From an uncultured virus (IMG/VR IMGVR_UViG_3300018475_001996) (Duplodnaviria > Heunggongvirae > Uroviricota > Caudoviricetes): a DNA stretch of 64,000 nt. The translations under genes were made by a program, and so were the position numbers. This document shows positions 9,489 to 19,548 of the stretch, one piece after another. A model generated the notes under the pieces. It saw nothing but the letters and a program-made list of their open reading frames with translations, was not told where the DNA came from and did no database searches. The number at the start of each line of letters is the position of its first letter. Positions within the stretch are counted from its first letter, which is position 1. The stretch is taken from positions 62,001 to 126,000 of the IMG/VR virus record IMGVR_UViG_3300018475_001996, one strand, 5' to 3'.

Positions 9489-9935
9489 TAATTCTTACCT
9501 AAAAGCTTATTAAAAGCATTTACAAGCTTACTGATTTCACCTTCATCGCTTGTAGGTTCATAATCAATACTTGTATCATAAACCACGCGACGCTGAACTG
9601 GGGGCTTTCTTCATTTTTTCCTTATGTTCATTCATAAGTTTTTCAGCAAGTTCATATGACGGAATATAAGAACCAACATCCCATGAAGCATCTTTTGAAC
9701 AAATATGAGGTTTAGATTCTTCTTTCCAAATATGACTATCACGGTATCTTAAATATCGTTCCATATTATAGGTCAAGCGAAACCAATTCTTCGAACCGCT
9801 ATTTATCTTACGATATTCAACAACAAACCATGACGGGTCTCTGTTTACAATACTTGGAGCAACATCAAAATCGAACGTCGGATATTCATATGTACCGAGT
9901 TCTATAATACGATATTCATAAAGCGATTTTTCCAT
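9488..9935 (-). CDS. hypothetical protein, apparently frameshifted at a G5 run (9600-9604)
   Basis: Removing one base extends the ORF by PVQRRVVYDTSIDYEPTSDEGEISKLVNAFNKLLGKN to a TAATG junction at 9488. Confidence 0.6.
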
Positions 9936-11053
9936 TAGAACACATATCCTTCACGAGATTTACCGGTTGTAACATTACGCAAGATAGTCGGAATAATTTC
10001 ACCAGCCTTCGTAATAATAACTTCATGACCGATTTCGATGCCCATATATTCAAGCATGTCAATATTGCACATATTTGCACGCTGAACTGTAGTTCCGCAA
10101 AGTTCAACAGGTTCAACTACTGCAACCGGAGTCAAATTGCCATTCTTGATAGACCATTCAATGTTAATGAGCTTGGTCTGAGCAAGAGAATACTTCGGCT
10201 TGAGTGCAATCGAGAATTCCGGCAAATAATTGGTTTCAAGATCTTCATAATCAATCAAAGACGTCTTCCAAACAAGACCGTCAATCTGATAATCACGTTC
10301 TTCATGCCAAATCTGGTCCATAAGAGCGACAGCCTTTTCACCGTTCATGGTTTTAAGGTCGTAAATCTTGTAGTCAACAACATCAAAACCCTGGTTTTTC
10401 ATCCAATCAAGCATATCAGACTGAAGTCGGAAATGACGCTTGGTGTTAGAGGCATAGCGAGCTTCATAAACCTTGATATTAAGCTTTTCACAATCTGCAC
10501 CGTCGAGATGCTTCATAATACCAGAAGCAGCATTTCGGCAGTTCTTATACTTCGGGAAATACTTTTCCTTAACGGACTTGTAAAGCAAAATTTCGCCGCG
10601 AATAGTTCCTGTAAAATCCTTATCGACTTTCTTGACGAGACCATTCATCTTAAGAATATTATTGGTAATGTCGTCACCGTATGTACCATCACCACGGGTA
10701 GTACCCTGAACGAACTTTCCATCGACGTATTTAAGCGCAATAGAGCAGCCATCGAGCTTCAAAGGAGCAACGACATATTCATGACCATTCATACGGCACT
10801 TATTGAACCAGACATCCATTTCTGGAGCCGTATTGGCCTTATTCTGAGAACCCATGATAATATCATGCTTGACTTTTTCAAAACCTTCAGTATGGTCCTT
10901 ACCAACTTCCTTCAAAACATCAGAATCAGGATATTTAGTCTTCAGTTCATCCCAGAGTGCATCAAATTCAATGTCGCTCATGATAGGAGAATCGGAATTA
11001 TAATAGGCATCTTGTGCCTGACGGATTTTTGCTTCAAGTTCGTTCTTATTCAT
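9935..11053 (-). CDS. ligA: NAD+-dependent DNA ligase, minimal (Ia, adenylation and OB domains)
   Basis: AYYNSDSPIMSDIEFDAL, KLDG, TRGDGTYGDDIT, IRGEI, NCRNAASG, DGLVWK, IALKP, TPVAVVEPV, KAGEIIP; ends after the OB fold. Confidence 0.93.
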   Translation of the reverse strand: MNKNELEAKIRQAQDAYYNSDSPIMSDIEFDALWDELKTKYPDSDVLKEVGKDHTEGFEKVKHDIIMGSQNKANTAPEMDVWFNKCRMNGHEYVVAPLKLDGCSIALKYVDGKFVQGTTRGDGTYGDDITNNILKMNGLVKKVDKDFTGTIRGEILLYKSVKEKYFPKYKNCRNAASGIMKHLDGADCEKLNIKVYEARYASNTKRHFRLQSDMLDWMKNQGFDVVDYKIYDLKTMNGEKAVALMDQIWHEERDYQIDGLVWKTSLIDYEDLETNYLPEFSIALKPKYSLAQTKLINIEWSIKNGNLTPVAVVEPVELCGTTVQRANMCNIDMLEYMGIEIGHEVIITKAGEIIPTILRNVTTGKSREGYVF

Positions 11054-11090
11054 GTGATACAATATAGTAAAAAATATAGGCTTTGTCAAC

Positions 11091-11357
11091 CTATATTTTA
11101 GTTAAAGAGTTAAGTATTATAAAATCATTCACAAATTGCATATTCTGAAATTTGTCATCGAGGTCATACTTTTTTCCATCCATTTCGACGATTATATCAT
11201 GTATACCCATTAAATGTGAACTTACGTTATCTTTAACAACTATACCGCCAGCTCTATCATGATGAAGTGTCATACGAATAATTTTTTCAATATGACATTC
11301 AATATCTTCTTCATGTAGGCTTTTATATTTGAGTATTACCGGAATCATATTTATCAT
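11091..11357 (-). CDS. small protein, C-terminal helix family (ILNSLTKI)
   Basis: ORF track. Confidence 0.65.
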   Translation of the reverse strand: MINMIPVILKYKSLHEEDIECHIEKIIRMTLHHDRAGGIVVKDNVSSHLMGIHDIIVEMDGKKYDLDDKFQNMQFVNDFIILNSLTKI

Positions 11358-11733
11358 CTAATGCATGTTCGATTTCATAAGCTTCCGTTTGATTCTTTAC
11401 ATACATTTGGGCTTTCTGAAAATCTTTTCCGTATTTTTGGTATAAATCGTAAAGCATATCTGTAGCGACATCCATACCAGGATGTCTAGTATAAAACTCG
11501 TTCAATCTATAATTCGGTTTTAAATTAGTTTCAATGATATATGACATTCCGTGTTCCCACATATTTTCTATACGAAAACCATTTCCAATCATTGCCTGTG
11601 CATATTCATACGCATGGTCACCAATCATTTTATGGTTTTCGACTATTTCTTTATAATAGCAACAACGCATTACGTCAGTTACGTAATCTTTCCAGTCTTC
11701 TTTAGTTTTAAAATAATCTAAAAAACTAAGCAT
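11323..11733 (-). CDS. hypothetical protein (YEIEHALD near C-terminus)
   Basis: ORF track. Confidence 0.65.
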   Translation of the reverse strand: MLSFLDYFKTKEDWKDYVTDVMRCCYYKEIVENHKMIGDHAYEYAQAMIGNGFRIENMWEHGMSYIIETNLKPNYRLNEFYTRHPGMDVATDMLYDLYQKYGKDFQKAQMYVKNQTEAYEIEHALDDKYDSGNTQI

Positions 11734-11734
11734 A

Positions 11735-12091
11735 TTATAAATTGTCCAAAGAATTTAATGTGTTAAAATACTCGATAAAAGCTCTTCGTTGGTCATCATC
11801 ACGTAATTTAAATTTTTGAGTACCAATATAGACAGTTTTTGATATATCAATATTCTTTACATCAATTTGAGACTTAGACTTTCGGCATTCACCCCAAATT
11901 TTATCACATTTACGTTTTGACGGTGGAGCCGGAGTAAAATAAAATCGACTTTTGAAATGAATTTCTAAAGACTTAGGTGAACCTGAACCAGCTAACTTTT
12001 CTCGCCATCGTCTAAATACATCATTCCAATCATATTCCCAGCTAATATCGGAAACCTTATAAATATGTCCATCTATTTTCAGCTCTACCAT
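11735..12091 (-). CDS. small protein, C-terminal helix family (TLNSLDNL)
   Basis: ORF track. Confidence 0.7.
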   Translation of the reverse strand: MVELKIDGHIYKVSDISWEYDWNDVFRRWREKLAGSGSPKSLEIHFKSRFYFTPAPPSKRKCDKIWGECRKSKSQIDVKNIDISKTVYIGTQKFKLRDDDQRRAFIEYFNTLNSLDNL

Positions 12092-12092
12092 A

Positions 12093-12992
12093 TTAAAGTC
12101 CGGTTTGTCTTCCAGAGAAATTAACAGAACCTCTACCTTCTACTGTAAGGTAATCATCATAACTGCGCCATTCGTTTTCCTTTCCTGCATGACGAACGAA
12201 AGAAATATCACCAGTAAAATCCTTAATTACTGTAGCACACCAGTCTTTCTTCTTAAATTCTTCAACGGCATTCTTATCAAGCAACGGTTCATCAAGCGGA
12301 TAAACACATACCATACCCGCATCTGCACAGAACTGTCCAATTTCTTCCTTTGTATCTAAATCGAATACAGTACAAGACCAATCGCCATAAAGCGTATCAG
12401 TGCACATTCCAGACTTGATAGATTCAGCCTTGGAAACCCAATCATGGTCATCATTTACGATATAGCAAGGATCCGTGATAATAATATCCTTATGCTCGAA
12501 ATGCATTGTTCTCGGATGTTTAATTTGATATTCTCGACGAAGAATAAATGCAATCAAATTCCAATAATCATGAGCAAATCCAAGTAATCGTTTCTTTCGC
12601 CATGTTTCAGCGGTATAATTTTTAGCTTTTTCTTTTGTACCGTCTGCACGGGTAATAAACATGTCATCATATTCCATATCATATGCAATATTCCAGTCAA
12701 GCTTTTGACACAGATTAGCCCTACGCTGGCATTCTTCATAACCGAGCTTATAGTGATATTTCTTGATATGTAATTTCTTAAATTCAGAGCATTTAATTTT
12801 ACGAAGTTCGTCATTTCGGTTAACCCAATAACGCATATTTTCTACTTCGCGCTTAGCTTTAAGAACCTCTTCAAGTTCTGCGCCTTTAAGCAAGCCCTTA
12901 TCTGCCATACAGAACTTACACATAAAATTCTTAACATCCTTAACGCCTTTGGCACAATATTCGCCACCACATACAATACACTTTGCTGTCAT
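12093..12992 (-). CDS. hypothetical protein with N-terminal CxxC pair
   Basis: CIVC...CKFC; C-terminal IIITDPCY...LYGDW...FCADAGMVCV. Confidence 0.7.
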   Translation of the reverse strand: MTAKCIVCGGEYCAKGVKDVKNFMCKFCMADKGLLKGAELEEVLKAKREVENMRYWVNRNDELRKIKCSEFKKLHIKKYHYKLGYEECQRRANLCQKLDWNIAYDMEYDDMFITRADGTKEKAKNYTAETWRKKRLLGFAHDYWNLIAFILRREYQIKHPRTMHFEHKDIIITDPCYIVNDDHDWVSKAESIKSGMCTDTLYGDWSCTVFDLDTKEEIGQFCADAGMVCVYPLDEPLLDKNAVEEFKKKDWCATVIKDFTGDISFVRHAGKENEWRSYDDYLTVEGRGSVNFSGRQTGL

Positions 12993-13016
12993 TAAAAACT
13001 CCTTTTATAATTTTGT

Positions 13017-13050
13017 AATATAGAAAAAGGGGAGACTTTCGTCAACCCCT
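13017..13050 (-). promoter_or_regulatory. terminator-promoter cassette (TTGACG-N17-TATATT within a GAAA hairpin)
   Basis: cgtcaa 13040-13045 and aatata 13017-13022; near-identical cassettes at 13722-13756, 17312-17349 and 35027-35063. Confidence 0.8.
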
Positions 13051-13254
13051 ATAATTCGGGTACATTCTGCAAGTGTCCCAAATATTTGCCTGTTCTTCAT
13101 CTGACAAATAAATTGTCTGGTCTTCCGGAACTGACTTTCCTTCCAATCGATTCATAAATGAATTACGCATTTTTAAAATAGCATCTTGTCGTTCATCAAT
13201 GCCATTGATACACATGTCGAATTTTTCAGCTAACTGTTGTGCTTTGGATTTCAT
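13042..13254 (-). CDS. hypothetical protein
   Basis: ORF with GGAG SD. Confidence 0.65.
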   Translation of the reverse strand: MKSKAQQLAEKFDMCINGIDERQDAILKMRNSFMNRLEGKSVPEDQTIYLSDEEQANIWDTCRMYPNYRG

Positions 13255-13266
13255 TCTTGTTCTCCA

Positions 13267-13695
13267 TTAATAAAGTTCTTTTGCAAAAAATTCTTTAGTA
13301 GCACTTTGCATAGCAACGGCTTTCCAATCCGATACAGTTTTGGTATTCATCCATTTATCCATATCATCAATCATACATTGAGTTTTAGTCTTCAAACCAA
13401 CAGACTTCAACAATTCACGTTGACGCCATTCATTAAAGTCTCGCTTTTTAGCATCTTGTTTTGCTCTGTATGCCAAAACCGCGGCTTCACCTTGTCTCTT
13501 TCGTCTTTCTCGTTTTTCTACACCAGTTTCCGTATCTGACAAAAGGTCATCGAATTCTTCAATCAGCTTTCCAAGCTTGTAATCTACACTATTTCGATAA
13601 TCTTTTTGGAAAATGCATTCTAACATGCCTTGCATGTACAGAATAACAGCACCTATAAGAAGGACGCAAGCTGCAGAAATAATGATTGTTGCCAT
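13267..13695 (-). CDS. membrane-anchored hypothetical protein
   Basis: N-terminal TM helix; GAGGAG SD. Confidence 0.7.
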   Translation of the reverse strand: MATIIISAACVLLIGAVILYMQGMLECIFQKDYRNSVDYKLGKLIEEFDDLLSDTETGVEKRERRKRQGEAAVLAYRAKQDAKKRDFNEWRQRELLKSVGLKTKTQCMIDDMDKWMNTKTVSDWKAVAMQSATKEFFAKELY

Positions 13696-13783
13696 GATGA
13701 ACTCCTCTTGTTTATGTTCATAATATAGAAAAAGGGCCGACTTTCGTCAACCCTTTATTATTATAGGAGAAAATATATACTTA

Positions 13784-15424
13784 TTAGCGACGACGGCGAC
13801 GAGAAAGTTCAGCAATAACTGTCGGATCGTTCATCATGTCCGAAAGGCTACGTCCAATAGAAGTATTAGCTTCAGCCGGTTCCTTAGTCTTGTCAACATT
13901 CGGAGTTTCCGGACGAGCTTCAGCCTTAGGTTCATTTACGACTTCTGCTTCGGTCTTTTCAACCTTTGGAGCACCGGAAACACCAGCGAGTCGGGCACCG
14001 AACATAGAACCGAGAACAGTCTTGAGGTCCATACCGAGAGAATCGGTCAAACCGCTAGAAATCTGAGTAAGCGTCTTGGTAATATCGCCGGTGAGCTTTG
14101 CAGTACCGCTTTCACCGTACATATTGATGTTACCAATCTTTTCCATCGGCTTAGCAACTGCACCAGCGATAGCCGGGAGCTGTTCGAAATACTTTTCAAT
14201 AGTCTTGAGCTGCATTTCCTGACGAGCTGCATCACCATACTTCTTCATGGCTTCAGCCTTCTGGTCAAGAGCTGCTGCTTCTGCAAGACCCTTAGCCTTT
14301 ACAGCATCAGCTTCAGCTTCACCCTTAGCCTTAGTAGCTGCAGCTTCAGCGAAAGCCTTTTCCTTATCAGCTTCAGCCTTGGCGATAATTGCCTTAGCTT
14401 GCTGCTGCTGGGTAAAGAGTGCTGCTTCAGCTTCCTTCTGCTGCTTATAAAGTTCAGCATCAGAACGCTGCATCTGAGCCTGCTTATCGGCTTCAGCCTT
14501 CTTCTGAATTTCAGCTTCGAGTTCCTTCTGACGGACAGCTACCATGCGTTCACGAATTTCAATCTGCTTTTCCTGCTTTGCAACTTCTGCAGCTGCTGCA
14601 GTAATATTGATGGTCTTCTGCTGTTCCTGCTTCTGAATTTCATAAGCGGCATCAGCTTCGGCCTTCTTAGTATCAGAAATTCGCTTAAGGTCAGCCTTCT
14701 TAACTTCGAGGTCGTTCTGCTTCTGAGCGATTTCAAGGTTTGCTGCAACCTGAGCATCGTTTGCTGTCTTCGCTGCTTCAGCCTGAGCAATCTTCACGTC
14801 ACGTTCTGCATTTGCTCGAGAAATTGATGCAGCCTTCTGAATTGCTACAGCCTTATCAACACCGAGGTTTTCAATTACCTTACCGTCGTCCGAGAAGTTC
14901 TGAATATTGAAGGTCTTAACGATAATACCGAGCTTTTCAAGATCTGGAATAGCATTTTCAAGAACCTTCTCAGAAACCTGCTTTCGGTCCGTAACCATGT
15001 CGACAAGATTCATCTGGCCGACAATCTCACGCATATTACCCTCAAGCACGTCAACAATCATCGCCTTAATCTGTTCAATCGGCTTATTGAGGAAGTTCTG
15101 GGCAGCTTTCTTAATTGCTTCAGGTTCATCAGAAATCTTTGCATTAACAACAGCGTCAACTGTTACATTAATGTAGTCCTTGGTCGGAACTGCCTGCTTA
15201 GTCTTGACGTCAATCGGAATCAACTTCAAGCTAAGAACGTCAGCACGTTCAAGGAACGGGATCTTGAAACCGGCATGCCCGATAATTGTTCGAAGCTGTC
15301 GGAAACCCGAAATAATAATTACTTCATCCGGCGCCGCCTTAATATAAGACGTAATGAAGAGGATAACGAGGAAAAGTACGAGCAGGCCGATACCCGCACC
15401 GATGAGGATATTTGAACTAAGCAT
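13784..15424 (-). CDS. flotillin / SPFH (band 7) protein
   Basis: TM helix, SPFH domain (YIKAAPDEVIIISG...LEGNMREIVG) and AEA-rich coiled coil. Confidence 0.93.
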   Translation of the reverse strand: MLSSNILIGAGIGLLVLFLVILFITSYIKAAPDEVIIISGFRQLRTIIGHAGFKIPFLERADVLSLKLIPIDVKTKQAVPTKDYINVTVDAVVNAKISDEPEAIKKAAQNFLNKPIEQIKAMIVDVLEGNMREIVGQMNLVDMVTDRKQVSEKVLENAIPDLEKLGIIVKTFNIQNFSDDGKVIENLGVDKAVAIQKAASISRANAERDVKIAQAEAAKTANDAQVAANLEIAQKQNDLEVKKADLKRISDTKKAEADAAYEIQKQEQQKTINITAAAAEVAKQEKQIEIRERMVAVRQKELEAEIQKKAEADKQAQMQRSDAELYKQQKEAEAALFTQQQQAKAIIAKAEADKEKAFAEAAATKAKGEAEADAVKAKGLAEAAALDQKAEAMKKYGDAARQEMQLKTIEKYFEQLPAIAGAVAKPMEKIGNINMYGESGTAKLTGDITKTLTQISSGLTDSLGMDLKTVLGSMFGARLAGVSGAPKVEKTEAEVVNEPKAEARPETPNVDKTKEPAEANTSIGRSLSDMMNDPTVIAELSRRRRR

Positions 15425-15463
15425 TTATGTTCCTTTTGTTATGTGTTTTTGTTTAGTTAAAAT

Positions 15464-16204
15464 CTAATCGTTCAGCCATGAGTTTTCCATTGCAATAAAG
15501 ATACAACATATTACAATAATAACTATCGAGAAAATTATCCAGAAATACAATACTGTATGTTTCCAGCTAAAATCCTCTACTGCTTGATCGATTTTTACAT
15601 TGTCACGATATTCTGCATCATTCATTCGATGATTATCGATATTTGCATATACCGTTCCAGTAAAACTTAATGGGCGACAATAATAAACATATCGTTTATT
15701 ATGTGCGAAATTGATTGTCTTTACATAATGACCGCTTGGCAATTCCGGAAACTGACCGTAGTAAAAGTCTTTCTTAATAAAATTAACTTTATCTACATTC
15801 CAGTCTTTTGCTCCATGATAGTCCCATGTCCAATAGACCTTAGTATGACAGCTACGTGTCTTTCCAGAACCAGTACAAACAAGCTTCGTATGCATCGTAT
15901 AGACCTCGAGCACTCGATGGACTGACATATACTTACCTGGCAAACCGTCGTCTGTAACACTGCCTATCGCGGAAACAGTTCCGTATGCCAAAGTATGCCC
16001 AGCATTAGTATTGAATGCATATTGAAACTGTGTAGAATCGTTATCGATTTTCACAGCCTGATTGTACTTCGCATTATGGTCATCTTGCCAAAGATCCATC
16101 CTATTACCTACGTAGAAACCTACTGCTAGGGAAATAAGAGCGAATACAAGCGCTACAATAACTTCACGCTGAGTTACTTCAATATTGGTATCACCAATAT
16201 ACAT
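15464..16204 (-). CDS. membrane protein with two TM helices flanking a soluble domain
   Basis: Hydrophobic N- and C-terminal helices; coupled to LemA. Confidence 0.75.
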   Translation of the reverse strand: MYIGDTNIEVTQREVIVALVFALISLAVGFYVGNRMDLWQDDHNAKYNQAVKIDNDSTQFQYAFNTNAGHTLAYGTVSAIGSVTDDGLPGKYMSVHRVLEVYTMHTKLVCTGSGKTRSCHTKVYWTWDYHGAKDWNVDKVNFIKKDFYYGQFPELPSGHYVKTINFAHNKRYVYYCRPLSFTGTVYANIDNHRMNDAEYRDNVKIDQAVEDFSWKHTVLYFWIIFSIVIIVICCIFIAMENSWLND

Positions 16205-16761
16205 TAATTCTTTTCCTTAAGAAGTCCTGTGGGTGCGTCTACTGGCGCATTTGCAAATTCAAGAACCTTATAGTCCTTTTCCTGATAACCTAGAATACTC
16301 AAACAGATGTTTGACGGGAACATACGAACATGCTGATGATATTCGGTTACATTTTTATTATAATACTTACGATGCGACGCAATTCGATTTTCAGTCATGG
16401 ATAATTCATTCATGTACTGCTTATAATTTTCTATTGAACGCAATTCTGGATAACGTTCTACAACACCACGGATATATGCAGAAGCATTAACATTTCCGTT
16501 GCCTTCTGCTGGTGTACGAGCCTGTGATAGCTGTACCAAAACTTCGGCTTCATGCTTGTTATACGACATTACTGCTTCTGCCAAGTTAACAAGCAAGCCT
16601 GCACGTCGATTATATTCGGTGTTCAAATCGCTCAAAGAACTTTCAATGAGCAATTCCTTTGCGATTGCCTTATTTTGTGAGCTTTGTACGCCAAACACTG
16701 TGGCGATAATCAATGCTACAATAATAGCAAGACTTGAAATTAAGACTGTTACGGGTTTCAT
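16204..16761 (-). CDS. lemA: LemA family protein
   Basis: TM helix; YNRRAGLLVNL, VERYPELRS, ELSMTENRIASHRKYYNKNVTEY, FPSNI. Confidence 0.9.
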   Translation of the reverse strand: MKPVTVLISSLAIIVALIIATVFGVQSSQNKAIAKELLIESSLSDLNTEYNRRAGLLVNLAEAVMSYNKHEAEVLVQLSQARTPAEGNGNVNASAYIRGVVERYPELRSIENYKQYMNELSMTENRIASHRKYYNKNVTEYHQHVRMFPSNICLSILGYQEKDYKVLEFANAPVDAPTGLLKEKN

Positions 16762-16773
16762 TGGTTTCTCCTA

Positions 16774-17286
16774 TTAGTTGTTATTTAAAAGCTTGGAAAT
16801 GTCTTCAACGATCTTGGCTGTATCAAGTTCATTGACCGGCGGGTTATTTTTGCCTAAAAGTGTGTCTTCATTTCCTATATACTGGTAATCCCATGTAATA
16901 GACTTACCATCACTAGTTTCTAACATGGGAACAAGAACATGATAAATACCCTTATAGTTCTTATTCTTTTCATTAAGCTGGTTTAAAATCTTATTTGCTG
17001 CGTTTTTAACAATTTTACTACGCATTTGAATACGGTCTGATTCAAATATCTTATTCAAAGAATCATTATAAGCCCAGAAACGTAATCTTTCATACCTAAA
17101 CCATTCAACAACGTTAGGACCGTAATTTTCTCGCATATACGCTTCCATAGTCGGCGTAGTATCTGATTTTTCAGAAGTTCTTGAATTCAAAAGTTTTTCA
17201 TAATGGTCAATATAAGCCTTAGCCGTAAGTCGATTGACCAAAACAGTCCATGCTACCAATAAACAAACAATAATGACCGCTGCCAT
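16774..17286 (-). CDS. membrane-anchored hypothetical protein
   Basis: N-terminal TM helix. Confidence 0.7.
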   Translation of the reverse strand: MAAVIIVCLLVAWTVLVNRLTAKAYIDHYEKLLNSRTSEKSDTTPTMEAYMRENYGPNVVEWFRYERLRFWAYNDSLNKIFESDRIQMRSKIVKNAANKILNQLNEKNKNYKGIYHVLVPMLETSDGKSITWDYQYIGNEDTLLGKNNPPVNELDTAKIVEDISKLLNNN

Positions 17287-17366
17287 TTTAAATCTCCATG
17301 TTTACGTGGTAAATATAAAAAAAGAGGTGACTTTCGTCAACCCCTTTTTAATAATTATTTACAGGC

Positions 17367-18677
17367 TTAGTCCTTAAATAGTGTATATCCTGCTTGTAAG
17401 AGAAGTTTCTTTGCTTCGTTGAAATCGTCGACATCAGAAATCTCTTCCTTATTTTTCCAGTATTCGGCTGTTTCCTTATCGAGCTGGTCAATCATGAATG
17501 TAGTGACTTCATCGAAAATCTTAAACAGCGTTCTTGTAGTATAGCCACGGTTGAATACAATCTTGAACTTATCGTAGAATTCCTGAATTGTACCGTCGAA
17601 CGCACCCTTCTGACCGACATGGAACTTGCGGTTAAGCTGGTTCATGCAATACTTATAGCTTTCTACAACTTGTTTCTTGTCAACCTTACCAATCTTAGCC
17701 TTATCGACAGCACCATCTTCAGCGGCAACTGCTACAATCTTTCTAAGAACCGGAGTAGGAATCGAGAATCCACCGAAGTTACCTTCAAAACTTCCGAAAT
17801 AGCCGCCTTCATCATCATCATTGCTGAGATTACTGGAAGCGACACGGCGTTTTTCTTCAGCTTCAATCTGGTCAATATACTCTGGGTTATCAAGAGCTCT
17901 CATAATACGCTTTAATTCGCGGTCCAAAGCTGTTTCATCAGCGTTAATAACCTTACGGCCAAGCATTGCACCTACAGTCTTTGCTACATAGAAGAATAGG
18001 CCCTTATTTCCGATAATACGTTCAGCATCCGGCATATTGAGAAGGTCTTCAAGTTTTTCAAGAACTGCTGTACTGAGTGTATATTCCTTACCGTTCTTAT
18101 GAGCACGGTGCCAATCCCAGAATTTGTCGATAGCACCTTCATAGCTGTTTTCAAAATCGTCGACAATATACGGAGCGAGCCAACGAGCAGCCTTTGAATA
18201 ATCCTTTCCGAAAACTTCCTGAGCTTTTTCATGGTCATTCTTGAAAAGGTTAACAAGTTGCTGCATTGTCTTGTCTTGTGACGGGTCAAACGAAGAAAGA
18301 TCCTTTCCTTCAGACTTGGCCTTGTAGTATGCCCAGAAAACATCAATCATATCGTCATATTTGTCTTTGTTTTCTTCGACATATGCCCAATCATCACCCA
18401 AATTAATATTATTCTTCTTTGCAATATCTTCGATTTTCCATTTCAAGTCAACTTTAGCGGTACTACCTTTCCAGAAGTTAATACCAAGCTTAGTTAACAT
18501 ATTTTCAGCGTCATCGCCATAATAACGTTCAATAAACTTGTAAACCTGGTTGGCTGTTACCTTTCCATTGTTTTCTGCAAAATCCTTAAGAATATAAAGG
18601 GCATTGGCAATGGAATCTCTTCCGAGAGTCCTATCAGAAGCTCTGGACATTTCATTAATAATATTCTTAAATCTCAT
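17367..18677 (-). CDS. late protein, probable virion/internal head protein
   Basis: TATAAATA 18693-18700; N-terminus MRFKNIINE; C-terminus FNEAKKLLLQAGY. Confidence 0.6.
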   Translation of the reverse strand: MRFKNIINEMSRASDRTLGRDSIANALYILKDFAENNGKVTANQVYKFIERYYGDDAENMLTKLGINFWKGSTAKVDLKWKIEDIAKKNNINLGDDWAYVEENKDKYDDMIDVFWAYYKAKSEGKDLSSFDPSQDKTMQQLVNLFKNDHEKAQEVFGKDYSKAARWLAPYIVDDFENSYEGAIDKFWDWHRAHKNGKEYTLSTAVLEKLEDLLNMPDAERIIGNKGLFFYVAKTVGAMLGRKVINADETALDRELKRIMRALDNPEYIDQIEAEEKRRVASSNLSNDDDEGGYFGSFEGNFGGFSIPTPVLRKIVAVAAEDGAVDKAKIGKVDKKQVVESYKYCMNQLNRKFHVGQKGAFDGTIQEFYDKFKIVFNRGYTTRTLFKIFDEVTTFMIDQLDKETAEYWKNKEEISDVDDFNEAKKLLLQAGYTLFKD

Positions 18678-18703
18678 AATAACCTCTATAACTATTTATA
18701 AAA

Positions 18704-18733
18704 GAAAGACTAGAACCCGAAAGTTCTAGTCTT
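18704..18733 (-). terminator. intrinsic terminator
   Basis: aagactagaac-ccgaaa-gttctagtctt. Confidence 0.7.
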
Positions 18734-18759
18734 GGATTAAATAGAGTAAATGAATAAAC

Positions 18760-19548
18760 TTACTTTTCGTAACGTCCGCCAGTCTTCTGACGATTTACGT
18801 TTTCGATATTCTTATCACGATAGCACTTATAGATTTCAGCCGGTGTCATACCAAGATTTACGAAAATCTTCACAAACTTGATAAACATCTTGTCACCGAG
18901 TTCCTGAATCTTAAGAGGATCTTCCTTCCATACATCGTAAGTCTTCCAATCCTTATAAGATGCACAATTCTGATACAAGTCACCGACAGCGACAATAAAG
19001 TCGCCGATAAGATACTGAAGGCTATTGGAACCGATAGTACCGGTCTTAGTATCTTCGACTGCAATATCATAGAACTTCTGAAGAGTCATCTTCGGACGAT
19101 ACTTAAGATAGAGCAACTGGTTATAAACGAAGTGTAATGCGTCAACTGCTTCAGCCTTACCTTCTGCGGTAACTTCGAAATTGTCCTTTTCAAGCTGTTC
19201 CATGAGTTCGAACAATTCAGTGACTGTACTCATCATGAAATAACCTGAACGCTTTGCATTCTGATGGTTATCTTCCTTATTCGTCGGAGCAAGAGTACCA
19301 CGCTTTGCAGCAAGAATATTTTGAAGTGCTTCCTGCATATTATACATGGTTTCAAGAGCTGTTGCTTCAATGTATTCTTCTGGAAAATCCGGAAGCTTAA
19401 TTTCAGAAGCCTTCAACTGTAACGGAAGCGGAACTGATTCTGCGAACTTCTTCGCTTCTTCTGCACGCTTTGCCAACTTTTCCTGAAGGACAACGAATTC
19501 ATCCTTTTCTTCTTGTACGTTTCCGTACATTTCACCTGTACTAATCAT
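18760..19548 (-). CDS. dimeric all-alpha dUTPase/dCTPase-like NTP pyrophosphatase
   Basis: ELFELMEQL, EAVDALHF, YKDWKTY, YRDKNIENVNRQKTGGRY. Confidence 0.8.
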   Translation of the reverse strand: MISTGEMYGNVQEEKDEFVVLQEKLAKRAEEAKKFAESVPLPLQLKASEIKLPDFPEEYIEATALETMYNMQEALQNILAAKRGTLAPTNKEDNHQNAKRSGYFMMSTVTELFELMEQLEKDNFEVTAEGKAEAVDALHFVYNQLLYLKYRPKMTLQKFYDIAVEDTKTGTIGSNSLQYLIGDFIVAVGDLYQNCASYKDWKTYDVWKEDPLKIQELGDKMFIKFVKIFVNLGMTPAEIYKCYRDKNIENVNRQKTGGRYEK

